Source: Eledone cirrhosa (lineage: Eukaryota). Taken from it: a DNA stretch of 64,000 bases. The stretch's first letter is position 1. Each line of letters opens with the position of its first letter. Positions 37,901 through 52,900 of this stretch are shown one piece after another. Under the pieces are notes generated by a model that saw only the letters and a program-made list of their open reading frames with translations, did not search any database and was not told the DNA's origin. The DNA lies in NCBI GenBank assembly GCA_964016885.1, contig OZ024744.1:91264001-91328000 (forward strand), read 5' to 3'. Position numbers and translations under genes: made by a program.

Positions 37901-40900
37901 TCCTTGCCATGTTGACAGTTACACAGTAAGTGTTGACTAAGGAAAGGACACTGTAGGTTAGTGTCATCTATAGCAGCACCCCTTGCCATGTTGACAGTTA
38001 CAGAAGAAGTGTTGACTAAGGAAAGGACACTGTAGGATAGTGTCATCTATAGCAGCACTCCTTGCCATGTTGACAGTTACAGAGGAAGTGTTGACTAAGG
38101 ACACTGTAGGTTAGTGTCATCTATAGCAGCACTCCTTGCCATGTTGACAGTTGCACAGGAAGTGTTGACTAAGGACACTGTAGGATAGTGTCATCTATAG
38201 CAGCACTCCTTGACATGTTGACAGTTACAGAGGAAGTGTTGACTAAGGACACTGTAGGATAGTGTCATCTATAGCAGCACTCCTTGCCATGTTGACAGTT
38301 ACAGAGGAAGTGTTGACTAAGGACACTGTGGGATAGTGTCATCTATAGCAGCACTCCTTGCCATGTTGACAGTTGCACAGTAAGTGTTGACTAAGGACAC
38401 TGTAGGATAGTGTCATCTATAGCAGCACTCCTTGCCATGTTGACAGTTACAGAGGAAGTCCTGACTAAGGACACTGTAGGATAGTGTCATCTATAGCAGC
38501 ACTCCTTGAAATGTTGACAGTTACAGAGGAAGTGTTGACTAAGGACACTGTCGGATAGTGTCATCTATAGCAGCACTCCTTGCCATGTTGACAGTTACAG
38601 AGGAAGTCCTGACTAAGGACACTGTAGGATAGTGTCATCTATAGCAGCACTCCTTGCCATGTTGACAGTTACAGAGGAAGTGTTGACTAAGGACACTGTC
38701 GGATAGTGTCATCTATAGCAGCACTCCTTGCCATGTTGACAGTTACAGAGGAAGTGTTAACTAAGGAAAGGACACTGTAGGATAGTGTCTTCTATAGCAG
38801 CACTCCTTGCCATGTTTACAATTGCAGGGGAAGTGCTGACTAAGGAAAGGACACTGTAGGATAGTGTCATCTATAGCAGCACTCCTTGCCATGTTGACAG
38901 TTACAGAGGAAGTGTTGACTAAGGACACTGTAGGATAGTGTCATCTATAGCAACACTCCTTGCCATGTTGACTGTTACAGAGGAAGTGTTGACTAAGGAC
39001 ACTGTAGGATAGTGTCATCTATAGCAGCACTCCTTGCCATGTTGACTGTTACAGAGGAAGTGTTGACTAAGGACACTGTAGGATAGTGTCATCTATAGCA
39101 GCACTCCTTGCCATGTTGACAGTTACAGAGGAAGTGTTGACTAAGGACACTGTAGGATAGTGTCATCTATAGCAGCACTCCTTGCCATGTTGACAGTTAC
39201 AGAGGAAGTGTTGACTAAGGACACTGTAGGATAGTGTCATCTATAGCAGCATACCTTGCCATGTTGACAGTTACAGAGGAAGTGTTGACTAAGGACACTG
39301 TAGGATAGTGTCATCTATAGCAGCACCCCTTGCCATGTTGACAGTTACAGAGGAAGTGCTGACTAAGGAAGGGACACAGTAGGATAGTGTCATCTATAGC
39401 AGCACTCCTTGCCATGTTGATAGTTACAGAGGAAGTGTTGACTAAGGACACTGTAGGATAGTGTCATCTATAGCAGCACTCCTTGCCATGTTGACAGTTA
39501 CACAGTAAGTGTTGACTAAGGAAAGGACACTGTAGGTTAGTGTCATCTATAGCAGCACCCCTTGCCATGTTGACAGTTACAGAGGAAGTGTTGACTAAGG
39601 AAAGGACACTGTAGGATAGTGTCATCTATAGCAGCACTCCTTGCCATTTTGACAGTTGCACAGTAAGTGTTGACTAAGGACACTGTAGGATAGTGTCATC
39701 TATAGCAGCACTCCTTGCCATGTTGACAGTTACACAGTAAGTGTTGACTAAGGAAAGGACACTGTAGGTTAGTGTCATCTATAGCAGCACCCCTTGCCAT
39801 GTTGACAGTTACAGAAGAAGTGTTGACTAAGGAAAGGACACTGTAGGATAGTGTCATCTATAGCGGCTCTCCTTGCCATGTTGACAGTTACAGAGGAAGT
39901 GTTGACTAAGGACACTGTAGGATAGTGTCATCTATAGCAGCACCCCTTGCCATGTTGACAGTTACAGAGGAAGTGTTGACTAAGGAAAGGACACTGTAGG
40001 ATAGTGTCATCTATAGCAGCACTCCTTGCCATGTTGACAGTTGCACAGTAAGTGTTGACTAAGGACACTGTAGGATAGTGTCATCTATAGCAGCACTCCT
40101 TGCCATGTTGACAGTTACAGAGAAAGTGTTGACTAAGGACACTGTAGGATAGTGTCATCTATAGCAGCACACCTTGCCATGTTGACAGTTACAGAGGAAG
40201 TGTTGACTAAGGAAAGGACACTGGGATAGTGTCATCTATAGCAGCACTCCTTGCCATGTTGACAGTTGCACAGTAAGTGTTGACTAAGGACACTGTAGGA
40301 TAGTGTCATCTATAGCAGCACTCCTTGCCATGTTGACAGTTACAGAGGAAGTGTTGACTAAAAACACTGTAGGATAGTGTCATCTATAGCAGCACTCCTT
40401 GCAATGTTGACAGTTGCAGAGGAAGTGTTGACTAAGGACACTGTAGGATAGTGTCATCTATAGCAGCACTCCTTGCCATGTTGACAGTTACAGAGGAAGT
40501 ATTGACTAAGGAAAGGACACTGTAGGATAGTGTAATCTATAGCAGCACTCCTTGCAATGTTGACAGTTGCAGAGGAAGTGTTGACTAAGGACACTGTAGG
40601 ATAGTGTCATCTATAGCAGCACTCCTTGCCATGTTGACAGTTACAGAGGAAGTGTTGACTAAGGACACTGTAGGATAGTGTCATCTATAGCAACACTCCT
40701 TGCCATGTTGACAGTTACAGAGGAAGTGTTGACTAAGGACATTGTAGGATAGTGTCATCTATAGCAGCACTCCTTGCCATGTTGACAGTTACAGAGGAAG
40801 TGTTGACTAAGGACACTGTAGGATAGTGTCATCTATAGCAGCACTCCTTGCCATGTTGACAGTTACAGAGGAAGTGTTGACTAAGGACACTGTAGGATAG

Positions 40901-43900
40901 TGTCATCTATAGCAACACTCCTTGCCATGTTGACTGTTACAGAGGAAGTGTTGACTAAGGACACTGTAGGATAGTGTCATCTATAGCAGCACTCCTTGCC
41001 ATGTTGACAGTTACAGAGGAAGTGTTGACTAAGGACACTGTAGGATAGTGTCATCTATAGCAGCACCCCTTGCCATGTTGACAGTTACAGAGGAAGTGCT
41101 GACTAAGGAAGGGACACAGTAGGATAGTGTCATCTATAGCAGCACTCCTTGCCATGTTGATAGTTACAGAGGAAGTGTTGACTAAGGACACTGTAGGATA
41201 GTGTCATCTATAGCAGCACTCCTTGCCATGTTGACAGTTACACAGTAAGTGTTGACTAAGGAAAGGACACTGTAGGTTAGTGTCATCTATAGCAGCACCC
41301 CTTGCCATGTTGACAGTTACAGAGGAAGTGTTGACTAAGGAAAGGACACTGTAGGATAGTGTCATCTATAGCAGCACTCCTTGCCATGTTGACAGTTGCA
41401 CAGTAAGTGTTGACTAAGGACACTGTAGGATAGTGTCATCTATAGCAGCACTCCTTGCCATGTTGACAGTTACACAGTAAGTGTTGACTAAGGAAAGGAC
41501 ACTGTAGGTTAGTGTCATCTATAGCAGCACCCCTTGCCATGTTGACAGTTACAGAAGAAGTGTTGACTAAGGAAAGGACACTGTAGGATAGTGTCATCTA
41601 TAGCAGCACTCCTTGCCATGTTGACAGTTACAGAGGAAGTGTTGACTAAGGACACTGTAGGTTAGTGTCATCTATAGCAGCACTCCTTGCCATGTTGACA
41701 GTTGCACAGGAAGTGTTGACTAAGGACACTGTAGGATAGTGTCATCTATAGCAGCACTCCTTGACATGTTGACAGTTACAGAGGAAGTGTTGACTAAGGA
41801 CACTGTAGGATAGTGTCATCTATAGCAGCACTCCTTGCCATGTTGACAGTTACAGAGGAAGTGTTGACTAAGGACACTGTGGGATAGTGTCATCTATAGC
41901 AGCACTCCTTGCCATGTTGACAGTTGCACAGTAAGTGTTGACTAAGGACACTGTAGGATAGTGTCATCTATAGCAGCACTCCTTGCCATGTTGACAGTTA
42001 CAGAGGAAGTCCTGACTAAGGACACTGTAGGATAGTGTCATCTATAGCAGCACTCCTTGAAATGTTGACAGTTACAGAGGAAGTGTTGACTAAGGACACT
42101 GTCGGATAGTGTCATCTATAGCAGCACTCCTTGCCATGTTGACAGTTACAGAGGAAGTCCTGACTAAGGACACTGTAGGATAGTGTCATCTATAGCAGCA
42201 CTCCTTGCCATGTTGACAGTTACAGAGGAAGTGTTGACTAAGGACACTGTCGGATAGTGTCATCTATAGCAGCACTCCTTGCCATGTTGACAGTTACAGA
42301 GGAAGTGTTGACTAAGGACACTGTAGGATAGTGTCATCTATAGCAGCACTCCTTGCCATGTTGACAGTTACAGAGGAAGTCCTGACTAAGGACACTGTAG
42401 GATAGTGTCATCTATAGCAGCACTCCTTGCCATGTTGACAGTTACAGAGGAAGTGTTGACTAAGGACACTGTAGGATAGTGTCATCTATAGCAGCACTCC
42501 TTGCCATGTTGACAGTTACAGAGGAAGTCCTGACTAAGGACACTGTAGGATAGTGTCATCTATAGCAGCACTCCTTGCCATGTTGACAGTTACAGAGGAA
42601 GTGTTGACTAAGGACACTGTCGGATAGTGTCATCTATAGCAGCACTCCTTGCCATGTTGACAGTTACAGAGGAAGTGTTGACTAAGGACACTGTAGGATA
42701 GTGTCATCTATAGCAGCACTCCTTGCCATGTTGACAGTTACAGAGGAAGTGTTGACTAAGGACACTGTAGGTCAGTGTCATCTATAGCAGCACTCCTTGC
42801 CATGTTGACAGTTACACAGTAAGTGTTGACTAAGGAAAGGACACTGTAGGTTAGTGTCATCTATAGCAGCACCCCTTGCCATGTTGACAGTTACAGAGGA
42901 AGTGTTGACTAAGGAAAGGACACTGTAGGATAGTGTCATCTATAGCAGCACTCCTTGCCATGTTGACAGTTGCACAGTAAGTGTTGACTAAGGACACCGT
43001 AGGATAGTGTCATCTATAGCAGCACTCCTTGCCATGTTGACAGTTACACAGTAAGTGTTGACTAAGGAAAGGACACTGTAGGTTAGTGTCATCTATAGCA
43101 GCACCCCTTGCCATGTTGACAGTTACAGAAGAAGTGTTGACTAAGGAAAGGACACTGTAGGATAGTGTCATCTATAGCGGCTCTCCTTGCCATGTTGACA
43201 GTTACAGAGGAAGTGTTGACTAAGGACACTGTAGGATAGTGTCATCTATAGCAGCACCCCTTGCCATGTTGACAGTTACAGAGGAAGTGTTGACTAAGGA
43301 AAGGACACTGTAGGATAGTGTCATCTATAGCAGCACTCCTTGCCATGTTGACAGTTGCACAGTAAGTGTTGACTAAGGACACTGTAGGATAGTGTCATCT
43401 ATAGCAGCACTCCTTGCCATGTTGACAGTTACAGAGAAAGTGTTGACTAAGGACACTGTAGGATAGTGTCATCTATAGCAGCACACCTTGCCATGTTGAC
43501 AGTTACAGAGGAAGTGTTGACTAAGGAAAGGACACTGGGATAGTGTCATCTATAGCAGCACTCCTTGCCATGTTGACAGTTGCACAGTAAGTGTTGACTA
43601 AGGACACTGTAGGATAGTGTCATCTATAGCAGCACTCCTTGCCATGTTGACAGTTACAGAGGAAGTGTTGACTAAAAACACTGTAGGATAGTGTCATCTA
43701 TAGCAGCACTCCTTGCAATGTTGACAGTTGCAGAGGAAGTGTTGACTAAGGACACTGTAGGATAGTGTCATCTATAGCAGCACTCCTTGCCATGTTGACA
43801 GTTACAGAGGAAGTATTGACTAAGGAAAGGACACTGTAGGATAGTGTCATCTATAGCAGCACTCCTTGCCATGTTGACAGTTACAGAGGAAGTGTTGACT

Positions 43901-46900
43901 AAGGACACTGTAGGATAGTGTAATCTATAGCAGCACTCCTTGCAATGTTGACAGTTGCAGAGGAAGTGTTGACTAAGGACACTGTAGGATAGTGTCATCT
44001 ATAGCAGCACTCCTTGCCATGTTGACAGTTACAGAGGAAGTGTTGACTAAGGACACTGTAGGATAGTGTCATCTATAGCAACACTCCTTGCCATGTTGAC
44101 AGTTACAGAGGAAGTGTTGACTAAGGACACTGTAGGATAGTGTCATCTATAGCAGCACTCCTTGCCATGTTGACAGTTACAGAGGAAGTGTTGACTAAGG
44201 ACACTGTAGGATAGTGTCATCTATAGCAGCACTCCTTGCCATGTTGACAGTTACAGAGGAAGTGTTGACTAAGGACACTGTAGGATAGTGTCATCTATAG
44301 CAACACTCCTTGCCATGTTGACTGTTACAGAGGAAGTGTTGACTAAGGACACTGTAGGATAGTGTCATCTATAGCAGCACTCCTTGCCATGTTGACAGTT
44401 ACAGAGGAAGTGTTGACTAAGGACACTGTAGGATAGTGTCATCTATAGCAGCACCCCTTGCCATGTTGACAGTTACAGAGGAAGTGCTGACTAAGGAAGG
44501 GACACAGTAGGATAGTGTCATCTATAGCAGCACTCCTTGCCATGTTGATAGTTACAGAGGAAGTGTTGACTAAGGACACTGTAGGATAGTGTCATCTATA
44601 GCAGCACTCCTTGCCATGTTGACAGTTACACAGTAAGTGTTGACTAAGGAAAGGACACTGTAGGTTAGTGTCATCTATAGCAGCACCCCTTGCCATGTTG
44701 ACAGTTACAGAGGAAGTGTTGACTAAGGAAAGGACACTGTAGGATAGTGTCATCTATAGCAGCACTCCTTGCCATGTTGACAGTTGCACAGTAAGTGTTG
44801 ACTAAGGACACTGTAGGATAGTGTCATCTATAGCAGCACTCCTTGCCATGTTGACAGTTACACAGTAAGTGTTGACTAAGGAAAGGACACTGTAGGTTAG
44901 TGTCATCTATAGCAGCAGCCCTTGCCATGTTGACAGTTACAGAAGAAGTGTTGACTAAGGAAAGGACACTGTAGGATAGTGTCATCTATAGCGGCTCTCC
45001 TTGCCATGTTGACAGTTACAGAGGAAGTGTTGACTAAGGACACTGTAGGATAGTGTCATCTATAGCAGCACCCCTTGCCATGTTGACAGTTACAGAGGAA
45101 GTGTTGACTAAGGAAAGGACACTGTAGGATAGTGTCATCTATAGCAGCACTCCTTGCCATGTTGACAGTTGCACAGTAAGTGTTGACTAAGGACACTGTA
45201 GGATAGTGTCATCTATAGCAGCACTCCTTGCCATGTTGACAGTTACAGAGGAAGTATTGACTAAGGACACTGTAGGATAGTGTCATCTATAGCAGCACAC
45301 CTTGCCATGTTGACAGTTACAGAGGAAGTGTTGACTAAGGAAAGGACACTGGGATAGTGTCATCTATAGCAGCACTCCTTGCCATGTTGACAGTTGCACA
45401 GTAAGTGTTGACTAAGGACACTGTAGGATAGTGTCATCTATAGCAGCACTCCTTGCCATGTTGACAGTTACAGAGGAAGTGTTGACTAAAAACACTGTAG
45501 GATAGTGTCATCTATAGCAGCACTCCTTGCAATGTTGACAGTTGCAGAGGAAGTGTTGACTAAGGACACTGTAGGATAGTGTCATCTATAGCAGCACTCC
45601 TTGCCATGTTGACAGTTACAGAGGAAGTATTGACTAAGGAAAGGACACTGTAGGATAGTGTAATCTATAGCAGCACTCCTTGCAATGTTGACAGTTGCAG
45701 AGGAAGTGTTGACTAAGGACACTGTAGGATAGTGTCATCTATAGCAGCACTCCTTGCCATGTTGACAGTTACAGAGGAAGTGTTGACTAAGGACACTGTA
45801 GGATAGTGTCATCTATAGCAACACTCCTTGCCATGTTGACAGTTACAGAGGAAGTGTTGACTAAGGACACTGTAGGATAGTGTCATCTATAGCAGCACTC
45901 CTTGCCATGTTGACAGTTACAGAGGAAGTGTTGACTAAGGACACTGTAGGATAGTGTCATCTATAGCAGCACTCCTTGCCATGTTGACAGTTACAGAGGA
46001 AGTGTTGACTAAGGACACTGTAGGATAGTGTCATCTATAGCAACACTCCTTGCCATGTTGACTGTTACAGAGGAAGTGTTGACTAAGGACACTGTAGGAT
46101 AGTGTCATCTATAGCAGCACTCCTTGCCATGTTGACTGTTACAGAGGAAGTGTTGACTAAGGACACTGTAGGATAGTGTCATCTATAGCAGCACTCCTTG
46201 CCATGTTGACAGTTACAGAGGAAGTGTTGACTAAGGACACTGTAGGATAGTGTCATCTATAGCAGCACTCCTTGCCATGTTGACAGTTACAGAGGAAGTG
46301 TTGACTAAGGACACTGTAGGATAGTGTCATCTATAGCAGCACTCCTTGCCATGTTGACAGTTACAGAGAAAGTGCTGACTAAAGACACTGTAGGATAGTG
46401 TCATCTATAGCAGCATACCTTGCCATGTTGACAGTTACAGAGAAAGTGTTGACTAAGGACACTGTAGGATAGTGTCATCTATAGCAGCACACCTTGCCAT
46501 GTTGACAGTTACAGAGGAAGTGTTGACTAAGGAAAGGACACTGGGATAGTGTCATCTATAGCAGCACTCCTTGCCATGTTGACAGTTGCACAGTAAGTGT
46601 TGACTAAGGACACTGTAGGATAGTGTCATCTATAGCAGCACGCCTTGCCATGTTGACAGTTGCAGAGGAAGTGTTGACTAAGGACACTGTAGGATAGTGT
46701 CATCTATAGCAGCACTCCTTGCCATGTTGACAGTTACAGAGGAAGTGTTGACTAAGGACACTGTAGGATAGTGTCATCTATAGCAGCACTCCTTGCCATG
46801 TTGACAGTTACAGAGGAAGTGTTGACTAAGGACACTGTAGGATAGCGGCATCTATAGCAACACTCCTTGCCATGTTGACAGTTACAGAGGAAGTGTTAAC

Positions 46901-49900
46901 TAAGGACACTGTAGGATAGTGTCATCTATAGCAACACTCCTTGCCATGTTGACAGTTGTAGAGGAAGTGTAGACTAAGGACACTGTAGGATAGTGTCATC
47001 TATAGCAGCACTCCTTGCCATGTTGACTGTTACAGAGGAAGTGTTGACTAAGGACACTGTAGGATAGTGTCATCTATAGCAGCACTCCTTGCCATGTTGA
47101 CAGTTACAGAGGAAGTGTTGACTAAGGACACTGTAGGATAGTGTCATCTATAGCAGCACTCCTTGCCATGTTGACAGTTACAGAGGAAGTGTTCACTAAG
47201 GACAATGTATGATAGTGTCATCTATAGCAGCACTCCTTGCCATGTTGACAGTTACAGAGGAAGTGTTGACTAAGGACACTGTAGGATAGTGTCATCTATA
47301 GCAGCACTCCTTGCCATGTTGACAGTTACAGAGGAAGTGTTGACTAAGGACACTGTAGGATAGTGTCATCTATAGCAGCACACCTTGCCATGTTGACAGT
47401 TACAGAGGAAGTGTTGACTAAGGACACTGTAGGATAGTGTCATCTATAGCAGCACTCCTTGCCATGTTGACAGTTACAGAGGAAGTGTTGACTAAGGAAA
47501 GGACACTGTGGGATAGTGTCATCTATAGCAGCACTCCTTGCCATGTTGACAGTTACACAGTAAGTGTTGACTAAGGACACTGTAGGATAGTGTCATCTAT
47601 AGCAGCACTCCTTGCCATGTTGACAGTTACAGAGGAAGTGTTGACTAAGGAAAGGACACTGTAGGATAGTGTCATCTATAGCAGCACTCCTTGCCATGTT
47701 GACAGTTACAGAGGAAGTGTTGACTAAGGACACTGTAGGTTAGTGTCATCTATAGCAGCACTCCTTGCCATGTTGACAGTTGCACAGGAAGTGTTGACTA
47801 AGGACACTGTAGGATAGTGTCATCTATAGCAGCACTCCTTGACATGTTGACAGTTACAGAGGAAGTGTTGACTAAGGACACTGTAGGATAGTGTCATCTA
47901 TAGCAGCACTCCTTGCCATGTTGACAGTTACAGAGGAAGTGTTGACTAAGGACACTGTAGGATAGTGTCATCTATAGCAGCACTCCTTGCCATGTTGACA
48001 GTTACAGAGGAAGTGTTGACTAAGGAAAGGACACTGTAGGATAGTGTAATCTATAGCAGCACTCCTTGCCATGTTGACAGTTACAGAGGAAGTGTTGACT
48101 AAGGACACTGTAGGATAGTGTCATCTATAGCAACACTCCTTGCCATGTTGACTGTTACAGAGGAAGTGTTGACTAAGGACACTGTAGGATAGTGTCATCT
48201 ATAGCAGCACTCCTTGCCATGTTGACAGTTACAGAGGAAGTGTTGACTAAGGACACTGTAGGATAGTGTCATCTATAGCAGCACTCCTTGCCATGTTGAC
48301 AGTTACAGAGGAAGTGTTGACTAAGGACACTGTAGGATAGTGTCATCTATAGCAACACTCCTTGCCATGTTGACTGTTACAGAGGAAGTGTTGACTAAGG
48401 ACACTGTAGGATAGTGTCATCTATAGCAGCACTCCTTGCCATGTTGACTGTTACAGAGGAAGTGTTGACTAAGGACACTGTAGGATAGTGTCATCTATAG
48501 CAGCACTCCTTGCCATGTTGACAGTTACAGAGGAAGTGTTGACTAAGGACACTGTAGGATAGTGTCATCTATAGCAGCACTCCTTGCCATGTTGACAGTT
48601 ACAGAGGAAGTGTTGACTAAGGACACTGTAGGATAGTGTCATCTATAGCAGCACTCCTTGCCATGTTGACAGTTACAGAGAAAGTGCTGACTAAAGACAC
48701 TGTAGGATAGTGTCATCTATAGCAGCATACCTTGCCATGTTGACAGTTACAGAGAAAGTGTTGACTAAGGACACTGTAGGATAGTGTCATCTATAGCAGC
48801 ACACCTTGCCATGTTGACAGTTACAGAGGAAGTGTTGACTAAGGAAAGGACACTGGGATAGTGTCATCTATAGCAGCACTCCTTGCCATGTTGACAGTTG
48901 CACAATAAGTGTTGACTAAGGACACTGTAGGATAGTGTCATCTATAGCAGCACGCCTTGCCATGTTGACAGTTGCAGAGGAAGTGTTGACTAAGGACACT
49001 GTAGGATAGTGTCATCTATAGCAGCACTCCTTGCCATGTTGACAGTTACAGAGGAAGTGTTGACTAAGGACACTGTAGGATAGTGTCATCTATAGCAGCA
49101 CTCCTTGCCATGTTGACAGTTACAGAGGAAGTGTTGACTAAGGACACTGTAGGATAGCGGCATCTATAGCAACACTCCTTGCCATGTTGACAGTTACAGA
49201 GGAAGTGTTAACTAAGGACACTGTAGGATAGTGTCATCTATAGCAACACTCCTTGCCATGTTGACAGTTGTAGAGGAAGTGTAGACTAAGGACACTGTAG
49301 GATAGTGTCATCTATAGCAGCACTCCTTGCCATGTTGACTGTTACAGAGGAAGTGTTGACTAAGGACACTGTAGGATAGTGTCATCTATAGCAGCACTCC
49401 TTGCCATGTTGACAGTTACAGAGGAAGTGTTGACTAAGGACACTGTAGGATAGTGTCATCTATAGCAGCACTCCTTGCCATGTTGACAGTTACAGAGGAA
49501 GTGTTCACTAAGGACAATGTATGATAGTGTCATCTATAGCAGCACTCCTTGCCATGTTGACAGTTACAGAGGAAGTGTTGACTAAGGACACTGTAGGATA
49601 GTGTCATCTATAGCAGCACTCCTTGCCATGTTGACAGTTACAGAGGAAGTGTTGACTAAGGACACTGTAGGATAGTGTCATCTATAGCAGCACACCTTGC
49701 CATGTTGACAGTTACAGAGGAAGTGTTGACTAAGGACACTGTAGGATAGTGTCATCTATAGCAGCACTCCTTGCCATGTTGACAGTTACAGAGGAAGTGT
49801 TGACTAAGGAAAGGACACTGTGGGATAGTGTCATCTATAGCAGCACTCCTTGCCATGTTGACAGTTACACAGTAAGTGTTGACTAAGGACACTGTAGGAT

Positions 49901-52900
49901 AGTGTCATCTATAGCAGCACTCGTTGCCATGTTGACAGTTACAGAGGAAGTGTTGACTAAGGAAAGGACACTGTAGGATAGTGTCATCTATAGCAGCACT
50001 CCTTGCCATGTTGACAGTTACAGAGGAAGTGTTGACTAAGGACACTGTAGGTTAGTGTCATCTATAGCAGCACTCCTTGCCATGTTGACAGTTGCACAGG
50101 AAGTGTTGACTAAGGACACTGTAGGATAGTGTCATCTATAGCAGCACTCCTTGACATGTTGACAGTTACAGAGGAAGTGTTGACTAAGGACACTGTAGGA
50201 TAGTGTCATCTATAGCAGCACTCCTTGCCATGTTGACAGTTACAGAGGAAGTGTTGACTAAGGACACTGTGGGATAGTGTCATCTATAGCAGCACTCCTT
50301 GCCATGTTGACAGTTGCACAGTAAGTGTTGACTAAGGACACTGTAGGATAGTGTCATCTATAGCAGCACTCCTTGCCATGTTGACAGTTACAGAGGAAGT
50401 CCTGACTAAGGACACTGTAGGATAGTGTCATCTATAGCAGCACTCCTTGAAATGTTGACAGTTACAGAGGAAGTGTTGACTAAGGACACTGTCGGATAGT
50501 GTCATCTATAGCAGCACTCCTTGCCATGTTGACAGTTACAGAGGAAGTCCTGACTAAGGACACTGTAGGATAGTGTCATCTATAGCAGCACTCCTTGCCA
50601 TGTTGACAGTTACAGAGGAAGTGTTGACTAAGGACACTGTCGGATAGTGTCATCTATAGCAGCACTCCTTGCCATGTTGACAGTTACAGAGGAAGTGTTG
50701 ACTAAGGACACTGTAGGATAGTGTCATCTATAGCAGCACTCCTTGCCATGTTGACAGTTACAGAGGAAGTCCTGACTAAGGACACTGTAGGATAGTGTCA
50801 TCTATAGCAGCACTCCTTGCCATGTTGACAGTTACAGAGGAAGTGTTGACTAAGGACACTGTAGGATAGTGTCATCTATAGCAGCACTCCTTGCCATGTT
50901 GACAGTTACAGAGGAAGTCCTGACTAAGGACACTGTAGGATAGTGTCATCTATAGCAGCACTCCTTGCCATGTTGACAGTTACAGAGGAAGTGTTGACTA
51001 AGGACACTGTCGGATAGTGTCATCTATAGCAGCACTCCTTGCCATGTTGACAGTTACAGAGGAAGTGTTGACTAAGGACACTGTAGGATAGTGTCATCTA
51101 TAGCAGCACTCCTTGCCATGTTGACAGTTACAGAGGAAGTGTTGACTAAGGACACTGTAGGTTAGTGTCATCTATAGCAGCACTCCTTGCCATGTTGACA
51201 GTTGCACAGGAAGTGTTGACTAAGGACACTGTAGGATAGTGTCATCTATAGCAGCACTCCTTGCCATGTTGACAGTTACAGAGGAAGTGTTGACTAAGGA
51301 CACTGTAGGATAGTGTCATCTATAGCAGCACTCCTTGCCATGTTGACAGTTACAGAGGAAGTGTTGACTAAGGACACTGTGGGATAGTGTCATCTATAGC
51401 AGCACTCCTTGCCATGTTGACAGTTGCACAGTAAGTGTTGACTAAGGACACTGTAGGATAGTGTCATCTATAGCAGCACTCCTTGCCATGTTGACAGTTA
51501 CAGAGGAAGTCCTGACTAAGGACACTGTAGGATAGTGTCATCTATAGCAGCACTCCTTGCCATGTTGACAGTTACAGAGGAAGTGTTGACTAAGGACACT
51601 GTCGGATAGTGTCATCTATAGCAGCACTCCTTGCCATGTTGACAGTTACAGAGGAAGTGTTGACTAAGGACACTGTAGGATAGTGTCATCTATAGCAGCA
51701 CTCCTTGCCATGTTGACAGTTACAGAGGAAGTGTTGACTAAGGACACTGTAGGATAGTGTCATCTATAGCAGCACTCCTTGCCATGTTGACAGTTACAGA
51801 GGAAGTCCTGACTAAGGACACTGGGATAGTGTCATCTATAGCAGCACTCCTTGCCATGTTGACAGTTACAGAGGAAGTGTTGATTAAGGAAAGGACACTG
51901 TAGGATAGTGTCATTTATAGCAGCACTCCTTGCCATGTTGACAGTTACAGAGGAAGTGTTGACTAAGGACACTGTAGGATAGTGTCATCTATAGCAGCAC
52001 TCCTTGCCATGTTGACAGTTACAGAGGAAGTCCTGACTAAGGACACTGGGATAGTGTCATCTATAGCAGCACCCCTTGCCATGTTGACAGTTACAGAGGA
52101 AGTGTTGATTAAGGAAAGGACACTGTAGGATAGTGTCATCTATAGCAGCACACCTTGCCATGTTGACAGTTACAGAGGAAGTGTTGACTAAGGACACTGT
52201 AGGATAGTGTCATCTATAGCAGCACTCCTTGCCATGTTGACAGTTACAGAGGAAGTGTTGACTAAGGACACTGTAGGATAGTGTCATCTATAGCAGCACT
52301 CCTTGCCATGTTGACAGTTACAGAGGAAGCGCTGACTAAGGACACTGTAGGATAGTGTCATCTATAGCAGCACTCCTTGCCATGTTGACTGTTACAGAGG
52401 AAGTGTTGACTAAGGACACTGTCGGATAGTGTCATCTATAGCAGCACTCCTTGCCATGTTGACAGTTACAGAGGAAGTGTTGACTAAGGACACTGTAGGA
52501 TAGTGTCTTCTATAGCAGCACACCTTGCCATGTTGACAGCTACAGAGGAAGTGTTGACTAAGGACACTGTAGGATAGTGTCATCTATAGCAGCACTCCTT
52601 GCCATGTTGACAGTTACAGAGGAAGTGTTGACTAAGGAAAGGACACTGTAGGTTAGTGTCATCTATAGCAGCACTCCTTGCCATGTTGACAGTTACAGAG
52701 GAAGTGTTGACTAAGGAAAGGACACTGTAGGATAGTGTCATTTATAGCAGCACACCTTGCCATGTTGACAGTTACAGAGGAAGTGTTGACTAAGGACACT
52801 GTAGGATAGTGTCATCTATAGCAGCACTCCTTGCCTTGTTGACAGTTACAGAGGAAGTGTTGACTAAGGACACTGTAGGATAGTGTCATCTATAGCAGCA

